A DNA stretch of 64,000 nt from Bacillota bacterium (GTDB taxonomy: Bacteria; Bacillota; Clostridia; Christensenellales; CAG-917): assembly GCA_023665365.1 (NCBI GenBank), contig JAMPEA010000003.1, forward strand, positions 26,321 through 90,320, in the 5' to 3' direction. The notes under the pieces are model-generated. The model saw nothing but the letters and a program-made list of their open reading frames with translations. It ran no database searches and was not told the origin of the DNA. Positions 55,037 to 64,000 of the stretch are shown here, piece after piece. Made by a program: the position numbers and the translations under genes. Position 1 is the stretch's first letter; every line of letters begins with the position of its first letter.

Positions 55037-55095
55037 TTTTTAGGCGCTCTTGCAAGGATAAATAAATTAGATAAATAATCAAATCAACTTATAAT

Positions 55096-55120
55096 AAAGG
55101 AGCGCAACGCGCTCCTTTTT
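55096..55120 (+). terminator. Rho-independent terminator after the 640-aa membrane protein gene
   Basis: AAAGGAGCGC-AAC-GCGCTCCTTTTT. Confidence 0.8.
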
Positions 55121-55175
55121 ATATTTCGCATTTTAGAGTTCTCGTAAATGCCCGCTGTTTGCAGGGTTTATATTC

Positions 55176-55205
55176 GGGGTCCCCGCAAAATGCCATTTTG
55201 TGGGG
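55176..55205 (+). repeat. R1 repeat family hairpin (short-loop variant)
   Basis: GGGGTCCCCGCAAAATGCCATTTTGTGGGG, abutting the comEB stop codon. Confidence 0.8.
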
Positions 55206-55655
55206 TTACTCATTAAACTGTTCCACTTTGATACCCGCTTCCGAGAAAAGCTGCATAGAAAACTCGTCCGGATACGGATACTTGTACACAACGCGAGTTA
55301 TGCCGCTGTTTATGATAAGCCTCGTGCAAATAGTGCAGGGCTGATGAGTGCAGTATAGCGTCGCGCCCTCTACCGATACTCCGAGTTTCGCCGCCTGACA
55401 GATTGCGTTTTGCTCGGCGTGTACGGCGTAGCATTTCTCTGCGCAAGTGCCGCTCGCTATGCCGAGCCTGTCGCGCATGCAGTAGCCCTTTTCGCGGCAG
55501 GTGGTTATCCCCGACGGCGCGCCGTTATAGCCCGTGGTGAGTATGCGCTTGTCCTTGACGATGACCGCGCCAATCGCTCTGCCTTCGCGCGCACAACTCG
55601 TCCAAGTGGACACAAATTGCGCCATATCCATAAACCTCTTATCCCATTTATCCAT
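55206..55655 (-). CDS. comEB: dCMP deaminase (ComEB family)
   Basis: The internal ATG at 55655 gives MDKWDKRFMDMAQFVSTW.... The zinc motifs HAEQNAI and PCTICTRLI are present. The upstream 58 codons of the track ORF run into the groES promoter. Confidence 0.88.
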   Translation of the reverse strand: MDKWDKRFMDMAQFVSTWTSCAREGRAIGAVIVKDKRILTTGYNGAPSGITTCREKGYCMRDRLGIASGTCAEKCYAVHAEQNAICQAAKLGVSVEGATLYCTHQPCTICTRLIINSGITRVVYKYPYPDEFSMQLFSEAGIKVEQFNE

Positions 55656-55782
55656 AATTCCCTCATACGCGCAAATCGCGCGTTTTACGTAATCTTTTTT
55701 GATAGTATCACATTTTTCCTTATTATTCAACAAGCGCTTTAAAATTGTTTCCAAATTTTTCAAAAAAACATTGCATAATATA

Positions 55783-55811
55783 TTGACATTTGGCAACCGT
55801 TGTACTAAACT
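55783..55811 (+). promoter_or_regulatory. SigA-type promoter of groES-groEL
   Basis: TTGACA at 55783-55788, a 17-nt spacer, then TAAACT at 55806-55811. It lies directly upstream of the CIRCE element. Confidence 0.6.
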
Positions 55812-55812
55812 G

Positions 55813-55839
55813 TTAGCAATCAAGCACATAGAGTGCTAA
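55813..55839 (+). promoter_or_regulatory. CIRCE operator (HrcA binding site)
   Basis: TTAGCAATC-N9-GAGTGCTAA against the consensus TTAGCACTC-N9-GAGTGCTAA, with 1 mismatch. It sits 33 nt upstream of the groES ATG. Confidence 0.9.
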
Positions 55840-55871
55840 AATCAAAAAAATATTAAATTCGGAGGCATTAT

Positions 55872-56156
55872 ATGGCAATCAAACCGTTGTTTGACAAAGT
55901 GGTCATCAAGGCAATCGAGACAAACGAAAAGACGGCAAGCGGGATAGTTCTTCCCGGCGCCGCCAAAGAAAGACCTCAGCTCGCTACCGTTGTTGCGGTA
56001 GGTCCCGGGGGAAGCGTCGACGGAAACGAAATCAAAATGCAAGTGAAAGTCGGCGATACCGTACTTTACAGCAAGTACGCAGGCAGTGAGTTTAAAATCG
56101 ACGGGCAGGAGGTCGTCATCGTAAGACAGGCGGACATTCTTGCTATCGTAGAGTAA
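55872..56156 (+). CDS. groES: Co-chaperonin GroES
   Basis: 94 aa, MAIKPLFDKVVIKAIETNEKTASGIVLPGAAKE.... Confidence 0.97.
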   Translation: MAIKPLFDKVVIKAIETNEKTASGIVLPGAAKERPQLATVVAVGPGGSVDGNEIKMQVKVGDTVLYSKYAGSEFKIDGQEVVIVRQADILAIVE

Positions 56157-56167
56157 TATCGTTATAA

Positions 56168-57808
<1,641 letters not shown>

Positions 57809-57837
57809 GCCTCGGCAAATTGATACGAAAACTTTTG

Positions 57838-57865
57838 GGAAAAACAGGCGGTTACGCCTGTTTTT
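57838..57865 (+). terminator. Rho-independent terminator after groEL
   Basis: AAAACAGGCG-GTTA-CGCCTGTTTTT. Confidence 0.9.
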
Positions 57866-57966
57866 CCAATTTAATGCACTTGACAAGCGTTGTCTTAGTA
57901 TACTAAGATTATTTAAATTATTTAAATATTAAAAAGTTAAAATACAGATGATTTTCGGAGGAAACG

Positions 57967-59286
57967 GTGAAAAAATCGAAGAGAATTTTGATATTATTTA
58001 CGCTGATTTTGCTTGTAACGACGCTGATATTGCTATGCGCCTGCGGCGACAAAGACAGTAATAAAGTGACTTTGCAATACTTCGCGTCGTCAAACGGACA
58101 TATTGACGGGGAAGCGAAGCAGATTGTCGAGCGTAATTCAAGCGGAAGTACGGTCACGGCAGTCGCGGACAGTGGTTATATGTTTGACAAGTGGTCGGAC
58201 GGGGTACTTAGCGCCGAGCGCACCGATACAGACGTTGTTGAAGATAAAAATATAATTGCGCAATTTAAAAAAGTTGAAACGTATTTCGACGTTACTCTAA
58301 ATTACGACCGAAACGATTTTGATATTTATGATAACGTTTCCGAGATGCGAATTGTAAACGGCGGTAAAATCGAATTGCCTACTCCTACACGTTTAGGATA
58401 TGAGTTTAATGGTTGGCAAGATGATGATGAAAATCGTTATGACGGCGGTGAAAAAATCGAAATCACAAAAGATATTACTTTTACGGCAAGTTGGGAGATA
58501 ATCGAGTATACGATAACTTATCATCTCAATGGTGGAACTTTGGAAAATCCTAAAACTAAGTTTACAATAAATGATCTCCCGTTTACTTTACCAATGCCCG
58601 AAGCGCAGGACGATAACTATGGTTTTGACAAATGGACAACCGACGAACAGGGTAAAAACGTTGTGCTTGACGATTATTTGTACGCCGAATACTTGAAAGA
58701 TCTAACGTTATATGCCCATTATGCGGAAAGTTTAGAGCTTATGTCTTTTGATTATGCCGATAGTAACCACGATTCGTTAGTACTAAGTGGGGTGAGTAAC
58801 GCAAGGTGTGTGGTAATTCCCGATACATTTAACGGCTTGCCCGTAGAACATATAGGTAGAAAGGCTTTTTTCAATCACACTAACTTGACAAGCGTTACGA
58901 TACCGAATACTGTGTATTATATTAAAGATGAGGCGTTTTACGGTTGTGTAAGCCTCACGAGTATTCATATTCCCGAAATCCTAATTTGTGGTGACAATGC
59001 TTTTTATAATTGTTGTAGCCTGTCTACCGTGTACGTTGACTCGTTGGACATTGCAAATAGAGTGAGTCATCATCTATTCGACAGTGCAAAGGATGTGTAT
59101 ATTCTTGATACGATAGAGATTTACGAGGGAATTTATCCAAATCCATCAATGGAGCAATGGGATGTTGGACAAAGTTACGACTTATTTACAAACTCATTTG
59201 AAAAGCAAGCTGAGCCGGTTATTGTAAACGGACAATCGTATAACCATTACGTTCGCAAGAACGTCGAGGAAGAAAATCAAAATTAA
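57967..59286 (+). CDS. Surface lipoprotein with Listeria-Bacteroides (InlB B-type) repeats and BspA-type leucine-rich repeats
   Basis: A GTG start lies 7 nt after GGAGGA. The signal peptide and lipobox are LILLCAC. Three repeats are present (GYMFDKWSDG, GYEFNGWQDD, YGFDKWTTDE). The LRR_5-like segment reads IPDTFNGLPVEHIGRKAFFNHTNLTSVTIPNTVYYIKDEAFYGCVSLTSIHIP. The gene is AT-rich. Confidence 0.75.
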   Translation: MKKSKRILILFTLILLVTTLILLCACGDKDSNKVTLQYFASSNGHIDGEAKQIVERNSSGSTVTAVADSGYMFDKWSDGVLSAERTDTDVVEDKNIIAQFKKVETYFDVTLNYDRNDFDIYDNVSEMRIVNGGKIELPTPTRLGYEFNGWQDDDENRYDGGEKIEITKDITFTASWEIIEYTITYHLNGGTLENPKTKFTINDLPFTLPMPEAQDDNYGFDKWTTDEQGKNVVLDDYLYAEYLKDLTLYAHYAESLELMSFDYADSNHDSLVLSGVSNARCVVIPDTFNGLPVEHIGRKAFFNHTNLTSVTIPNTVYYIKDEAFYGCVSLTSIHIPEILICGDNAFYNCCSLSTVYVDSLDIANRVSHHLFDSAKDVYILDTIEIYEGIYPNPSMEQWDVGQSYDLFTNSFEKQAEPVIVNGQSYNHYVRKNVEEENQN

Positions 59287-59310
59287 AAATAAATATACAA
59301 GGAGATTATT

Positions 59311-59601
59311 ATGGATCCAAGAAAAGTAGTTTCGCCGAAGGGCAAAGTGAGCAATTTACAGGTCATTTACGTAGACAAAGAGGGTGGATATTCGATTGCC
59401 ACGCTCGATTGGGAGAACGTAAAGAGGGTTGCAATCCGTTGGAACGGAGCAAACGAAAACAGCAAAGGCTATCCGCACTCGTTCGGTCGTCCGACGTGGT
59501 TTATCATGCCAAAGCAAATAGCGCTTGCGTTTGCTATGCACACCAACAATTTGGAAATGGTGCAAAGTATAAAAGCCTGCGACGACTCTGCATTTTGCTG
59601 A
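59311..59601 (+). CDS. Hypothetical 96-aa protein
   Basis: The ORF has a GGAGA RBS and lies 24 nt after the LRR lipoprotein gene. It has no TM helix and no motif I can assign (…IRWNGANENSKGYPHSFGRPTWFIMP…). Confidence 0.45.
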   Translation: MDPRKVVSPKGKVSNLQVIYVDKEGGYSIATLDWENVKRVAIRWNGANENSKGYPHSFGRPTWFIMPKQIALAFAMHTNNLEMVQSIKACDDSAFC

Positions 59602-59654
59602 TAAGGCGGATTGATTGAAATCAGCGCGGCTTTTGCCGATATAAAAAGTTTACA

Positions 59655-59685
59655 ATGCACCCGCCGATAAAGCGGGTGCATTTGT
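59655..59685 (+). terminator. Hairpin terminator after the 96-aa ORF
   Basis: ATGCACCCGC-CGATAAA-GCGGGTGCAT followed by TTGTATT. Confidence 0.6.
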
Positions 59686-59870
59686 ATTCGCCTATAATTT
59701 AGTAAATTATCGCAAGCAGTGCATAATTATAAGAAAAATTAGCTTGACAGATAGATATTTATACATTACACTTGTAACAATATAAATTTATATATACTAT
59801 TTTAAACAAAACATATTTTTATAGATTTGGTGTCGGGCGTCCGACGCAATTTTTATAAGAGGAGGCAGGT

Positions 59871-62800
59871 ATGAAGAGAAAAGTATTTTCAGCGGCATGT
59901 TTGATTATCGCGCTCGTGCTTTTGGTGTGCTTGGTCGCTTGCGGCGAGAAGCCCGAAAAGTACAACGTGACCGCCGAATACAATTCCGAGCAAGGCACGG
60001 TTGTCATTGCCGACGCCGAGGGCAACGTCAAGACGACGTTCGAGTCGGGCAAGAAAGCGGTCGTTACCGTGACGGCAAACGGCGGATATGCTGTTGACTC
60101 GTTCAAAGTCAATGACGAAGCCGCTCAGCTCAGCGGCGGCTCGTATTCGTTTGGCGTGACGAAGAATACCGTCGTCAAGGTGACGTTCAAGGTAAACGGG
60201 GGGGGGGTATCTCTTTCTGATACTGCTCTCAACAGCGTTAAAACGACGCTTAAAGTTTCGGGACAGTACATCTATACGAGAGAGGGCGAAACTCCCGAAA
60301 TCAACAACGTTACGACGATTTTCGGAACGAACGCGGTCAACCTGTTGGAAACGACCCCGCAAGGAGAAGTAAACTACGACGACGTATACGTGGACAAAGA
60401 CGGCAAGCTCGCAATGCCGTACCATACGTTGAACAATGAAATTGCATATCAGTATCCCGCGGGCGACGAGGATTTTGCCGAGTACGGCAATCCGTTTAAG
60501 GCGCTCAGCGTAGCGGATTTCGAGGCTACTGCCGAACCCGACGTTTTCGCGCTCACCGACGCAAGCAAGATGAAAGTAGCCGCAACCGCAATCACGGGAT
60601 ATAACGAGAGTATCGCGTCTTTCACCGTCACGGTCGAGGACGACAAAGTGATTATGATTGACATCACCACCGAGCGTATCAAGCGCGGCAGTGACGAAAA
60701 CGAATTTTATTACGTTGCTACTTATTCGCTTTCCGTATCCGATTGGGGCACTGCGGAGGTGGACTCCGACAAACTCAATCCCTATGCGACAGCTCCCGAG
60801 CATACCGCTCTTAAAGAAGCTCTTTCGGCGGCGTACGACGCACACAACTATAAAATTCACGTTTACGAAATCGAGCCGTATTCCGATTACGAGGACGTAG
60901 AATATTACACCTATGTGACCGATACGGCAATCTACTACGACTGCTTGGATTGGGAAGAGGGCTACGTCGAGATGGGCGATGCGGTGAAATCCGTCTATCC
61001 TTTCGATTACGACCCCGAAACGTACGTTGTCAACCTCTATGACCCCAGCAAAAACTTCCCGACGTTGAGGTCGATGCGCGCGAGCTTCAACAAATTTAAC
61101 GATTTCGCGCCCGAGGTGTTCGAGTATCAAACCGAGCAGGACGGCTCCGTTACGTATACGTTGCACTACGACGTGAATACTACGGATAACGTTCGCAACG
61201 TCCTCTTGAACTTCGCCGACGGCATCGACGTGATAAGGCTTTACACGGGCTATACCTACGACGTGATTATCACCGTCAAGGACGGCGCGCTCCATCAAGT
61301 GGCTTTGTCCTATTTGGTCGGCGACGCGTACGTTATCCGCACGCTTACGTATTCGGACTTCGACAACACTGCGATGCCCATTAGCTTTGACAACTGCCAC
61401 AAGGTGAGCGTCTTGGACGAGTATGCCGGCACTTATACCGACGGAACGATTACGTTGGTAGTGGACGATGAGGGCATTACAATCAATGGCGCTGATTACG
61501 ACGTGACCGATTACAGCATCCAGTACGACATGTTCACAGGCGATTGGAACGGCGGCGAATGGTATATCGCAAGGACAAGTTTAAAACAACTCGTCCTGCT
61601 CAATCTCGATGAGGATATAACCTACGTACTTACGAGCACCGCAATCGACCCCGTTGAAATCCCGAGCGAGTTTGTCGGCGTATGGAAGGGCGAAACCAAT
61701 TCCAACGTCTCCGCGTTCGCGTACGGCAAAATCGAGCTTAACGGCAAGATGCTCAAAGTGCTTTCCTACGACGAGAAAGAGGGGCTTTACGCCATTGACG
61801 GCAATTATACCTATCGCTTCCTCGCGGACGAGATAGAGGACGAACCCGTCGTCAGCGTGATTGTGTACGAGGACGGCATATCGTCGAGCGCCTACGTACT
61901 GTACAAGGACGACCAAGCCGTGCTTATCCCCGAGGTTTTAGTAGGCACGTGGGAGAAAGAAGAATATGATCACGGATATTTATATCCTACAATTTATAAA
62001 GCTGTTGTAGGCTTGACAACTGTGTCGCTTAATTTTGACGGCAATGTCCCGACGGTTACGATTGTTTCGATAACAAACAATGGCTATACAGAACTTACGC
62101 TTGACGTAGATGGTGTTGAATACGGATTGGCGGAAGGCTATTCTTCAAGTCAAATTGAAATTTACTCAATAGCAGAACGTTTTAGTGTTACATTGGATAA
62201 AGTCGAAGAAAGCGAAGTCCAACCGCCCGCGGTTGAAATTCCAGACACTTTCTACGGCACTTATGCAGGTAGTGACAATAAGGGAACTCAATATATTGTA
62301 ACTATAAGCGAAAGTGGCATTGTTGTAAATATCGACGGTGTAGATTATAACGCGGTCGTAACTGAATATGGTTCGGAATATGATGAGCTTCTTTTTGAAC
62401 TCAATAGCGGAGAGTATTGTATTACTCACGATGATTTAAATCCTCTTGCAATATATTTTGCAAATACTGACTATGACAGTTATGCAAATTATATTTATGG
62501 TACTTTTGCCCCGTATGTAGAAATCCCCGCAAGTTGGTATGGCACTTACTCGTATGATAATGAGGGCGATTTATATACAGTAAGTATCAGTGCAAGTGGA
62601 GTTGCAGTGGAAATAGGCGGAGTTGAAAAAACAGTTGTCGTATTATCGTATGATAGCTCATTTGGCGGCACTATTACCATAAATATGGATGATGAAGACT
62701 ATTATATTGCATACAAATCTCAGACCGAAATGTATTTCAATAACGATGATTTTAGTGTGAATCTTATTTTAGTAAAATCTTCCGATAACGGCGGTATCGA

Positions 62801-63083
62801 AATTCCCGATAGTTTTATTGGAACATTTGAGGGAACAGATTATATAAACAGTGTACCCGTACAAATTATAATTACGCAAGATGGTATCGAAGTTTCTATA
62901 AACGGCGAAGTAAAAAGCGCAAGTGTAGAAAAAATTGAAGAAGTTCTTGGGGTAGTGGACTTTTATATAATTGTCGACGGTATGGAATGCAAAATTTATA
63001 ACACATCAGGTAACAGTTATCTTTTCAGTTCTGTTACAGACGATGGCGAATCCTTGTATGCAATGATATCCAAGCAAGCGTAA
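59871..63083 (+). CDS. Large surface lipoprotein with N-terminal Ig-like/B-repeat domain and about six tandem 80-100-aa modules
   Basis: 1070 aa with a GGAGG RBS. The signal peptide and lipobox are LLVCLVACG. Recurrent modules begin (V/I)EIPxxFxGT(Y/W/F). The gene contains a G10 tract at 60198-60207. The last ~1.1 kb is visibly more AT-rich. Confidence 0.75.
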   Translation: MKRKVFSAACLIIALVLLVCLVACGEKPEKYNVTAEYNSEQGTVVIADAEGNVKTTFESGKKAVVTVTANGGYAVDSFKVNDEAAQLSGGSYSFGVTKNTVVKVTFKVNGGGVSLSDTALNSVKTTLKVSGQYIYTREGETPEINNVTTIFGTNAVNLLETTPQGEVNYDDVYVDKDGKLAMPYHTLNNEIAYQYPAGDEDFAEYGNPFKALSVADFEATAEPDVFALTDASKMKVAATAITGYNESIASFTVTVEDDKVIMIDITTERIKRGSDENEFYYVATYSLSVSDWGTAEVDSDKLNPYATAPEHTALKEALSAAYDAHNYKIHVYEIEPYSDYEDVEYYTYVTDTAIYYDCLDWEEGYVEMGDAVKSVYPFDYDPETYVVNLYDPSKNFPTLRSMRASFNKFNDFAPEVFEYQTEQDGSVTYTLHYDVNTTDNVRNVLLNFADGIDVIRLYTGYTYDVIITVKDGALHQVALSYLVGDAYVIRTLTYSDFDNTAMPISFDNCHKVSVLDEYAGTYTDGTITLVVDDEGITINGADYDVTDYSIQYDMFTGDWNGGEWYIARTSLKQLVLLNLDEDITYVLTSTAIDPVEIPSEFVGVWKGETNSNVSAFAYGKIELNGKMLKVLSYDEKEGLYAIDGNYTYRFLADEIEDEPVVSVIVYEDGISSSAYVLYKDDQAVLIPEVLVGTWEKEEYDHGYLYPTIYKAVVGLTTVSLNFDGNVPTVTIVSITNNGYTELTLDVDGVEYGLAEGYSSSQIEIYSIAERFSVTLDKVEESEVQPPAVEIPDTFYGTYAGSDNKGTQYIVTISESGIVVNIDGVDYNAVVTEYGSEYDELLFELNSGEYCITHDDLNPLAIYFANTDYDSYANYIYGTFAPYVEIPASWYGTYSYDNEGDLYTVSISASGVAVEIGGVEKTVVVLSYDSSFGGTITINMDDEDYYIAYKSQTEMYFNNDDFSVNLILVKSSDNGGIEIPDSFIGTFEGTDYINSVPVQIIITQDGIEVSINGEVKSASVEKIEEVLGVVDFYIIVDGMECKIYNTSGNSYLFSSVTDDGESLYAMISKQA
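60198..60207 (+). repeat. G10 homopolymer inside the lipoprotein CDS
   Basis: AAACGGGGGGGGGGTATC encodes ...VNGGGV.... Confidence 0.95.
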
Positions 63084-63090
63084 TAAACGC

Positions 63091-63121
63091 TCGTCATTGC
63101 GAACGTAGTGAAGCAATCCAG
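63091..63121 (-). repeat. R3 repeat, inverted copy
   Basis: The plus strand reads TCGTCATTGCGAACGTAGTGAAGCAATCCAG. Confidence 0.85.
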
Positions 63122-63139
63122 ACCCAAAAGCTGTACATT

Positions 63140-63176
63140 CTGGATTGCTTCGCCAACAAGTTGACTCGTAATGACA
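63140..63176 (+). repeat. R3 repeat, longer variant forming an inverted pair with 63091-63121
   Basis: CTGGATTGCTTCGCCAACAAGTTGACTCGTAATGACA. The 12-bp GAAGCAATCCAG/CTGGATTGCTTC arms are 18 nt apart. Confidence 0.75.
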
Positions 63177-63185
63177 ATTCTACTA

Positions 63186-63220
63186 AAATAACCGACACAG
63201 GTTGTGTCGGTTATTTTTTG
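63186..63220 (+). terminator. Rho-independent terminator after the 1070-aa lipoprotein gene
   Basis: ATAACCGACAC-AGGTT-GTGTCGGTTAT followed by TTTTT. An extended -10 (TGGTATAAT, 63219-63227) for the SPOR gene follows directly. Confidence 0.85.
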
Positions 63221-63254
63221 GTATAATGTGGCGAAAAGCGTCGTAAACTTTATT

Positions 63255-63968
63255 ATGCGAAAGGCGGCAAAGGAAAATATCATCGTCGTATGCACGATTG
63301 TACTGTGCTTTATGGTGACTATCGGGCTATGCACGGTGCTTTCGGGTGGGGGAATACTCGGGGTATTTTCGGCGAGCAAAAGCGCGGACAGTTGCGCTTA
63401 CGCGGTGGCGGTCGGCGGATACAGCGATATGACGCTTGCGCGTTCGACGGCGGATTTAATAAAAAATCGCGGAGGCGCGGGCTACGTGATTGGCGGCGAC
63501 AGCATAGAAATCATATACGCCGTGTATCCCGACGGCGACAGCGCGAAAAAGGTGCTCGACGGGCTTGGCGACAACAGCGCGTACGTAAAGGAGATAAGCA
63601 TAAATTCTTACGATTTGAAGTGGGCGAGCGGAAATATCAAAACAGCAGCGCAAACGGCGCTAGGCTATTATAATAAGGCGTTCGACGCGCTTTACGACAC
63701 GGCGAATTTGCTTGCGGACGGAAGCATAGGCGCTGAGGACGCTCGCACGAAAATCGGCGTTCTAACCGCGCAAATCGGCGATATAAAGTCAAATTTTTAT
63801 CAAAGCACCATTGACGTGGACGACGAAAACGTCACAAATATCAAGCTCGCGCTGATAACCGCGCTTGCGCTTTTGGACAACGTAAAGACGACGGGCACGA
63901 CGGTGCAGTTTGTGTCGTCTATGCGCTACGCGCTCGTGCAGTTGACGCTGTGCAGGCAGGCGTTATAA
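63255..63968 (+). CDS. Membrane-anchored SPOR-domain protein
   Basis: The ATG at 63255 gives MRKAAKENIIVVCTIVLCFMVTIGLCTVL, a TM helix. A SPOR-like segment follows (YAVAVGGYSDMTLARSTADLIKNRGGAGYVI...IIYAVYPDGDSAKKVLDGL). The track start at 63204 overlaps the upstream terminator and promoter. Confidence 0.65.
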   Translation: MRKAAKENIIVVCTIVLCFMVTIGLCTVLSGGGILGVFSASKSADSCAYAVAVGGYSDMTLARSTADLIKNRGGAGYVIGGDSIEIIYAVYPDGDSAKKVLDGLGDNSAYVKEISINSYDLKWASGNIKTAAQTALGYYNKAFDALYDTANLLADGSIGAEDARTKIGVLTAQIGDIKSNFYQSTIDVDDENVTNIKLALITALALLDNVKTTGTTVQFVSSMRYALVQLTLCRQAL

Positions 63969-64000
63969 TCGGCAGTCGGATAAGATTTTTCTTGCTATAA

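Noticed and set aside
19631-55205. R1/R2 hairpins as a CRISPR array or similar
   Set aside because: The copies are kilobases apart, singly placed in intergenic regions, with no regular spacing and no cas genes.
59889-61400. 503-aa minus-strand ORF antisense to the 1070-aa lipoprotein gene
   Set aside because: It is Arg/Val/Gly-rich with low-complexity composition, typical of a shadow frame in GC-rich coding DNA. It has no RBS or motifs. The sense-strand gene has a lipoprotein signal, an RBS and repeat structure.

Overview
This 64-kb window looks like a Clostridia-like Bacillota chromosome. The backbone is moderately GC-rich. TAA, TAG and TGA all end confident genes, so the standard bacterial code applies. 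No rRNA, tRNA, CRISPR array, integrase or transposase was recognised.

Backbone genes, left to right:
- Na/Pi cotransporter (partial), dinB, galE-galU, and a fused mcsA-mcsB followed by clpC.
- hpf, a sugar-phosphate isomerase, pgi, a yfbR-like HD nucleotidase, and a degenerate orphan ABC ATPase.
- The classic block ruvC-ruvA-ruvB-queA-tgt-yajC / secD-secF / recJ-relA, then an MBL hydrolase and hemZ.
- rpsO-pnp.
- On the minus strand: trkH-trkA, yhbY, and a potABCD operon with an XRE-cupin regulator.
- comEB, then groES-groEL with a CIRCE operator.

Visibly AT-rich accessory islets interrupt this backbone:
- An orphan 487-aa membrane protein (7.8-9.2 kb).
- Two DUF4143-type AAA ATPases (29.1 and 41.1 kb).
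- A bPH_2 membrane protein with an XRE regulator (33.5-34.4 kb).
- A small HTH protein next to a 640-aa polytopic membrane protein (52.8-55.0 kb).
- Surface lipoproteins (58-63 kb).

Most interesting observations:
1. A translationally coupled trio at 34.47-38.58 kb. It encodes an RF1 paralogue that keeps GGQ but has lost the stop-codon-reading loop, a UvrD-like SF1 helicase with unassigned terminal domains, and a coiled-coil protein. I do not recognise this as any described system.
2. A recombinase-less 2.0-kb cassette (AAA ATPase plus dual-HTH XRE). Nested 22-bp direct repeats bound it, and removing it restores an in-frame 3' end for the neighbouring GLUG-repeat gene.
3. Three families of dispersed intergenic hairpin repeats.
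4. A G10 tract inside a surface-lipoprotein gene.

All calls come from reading the sequence and ORF translations by eye. No searches or composition statistics were run.
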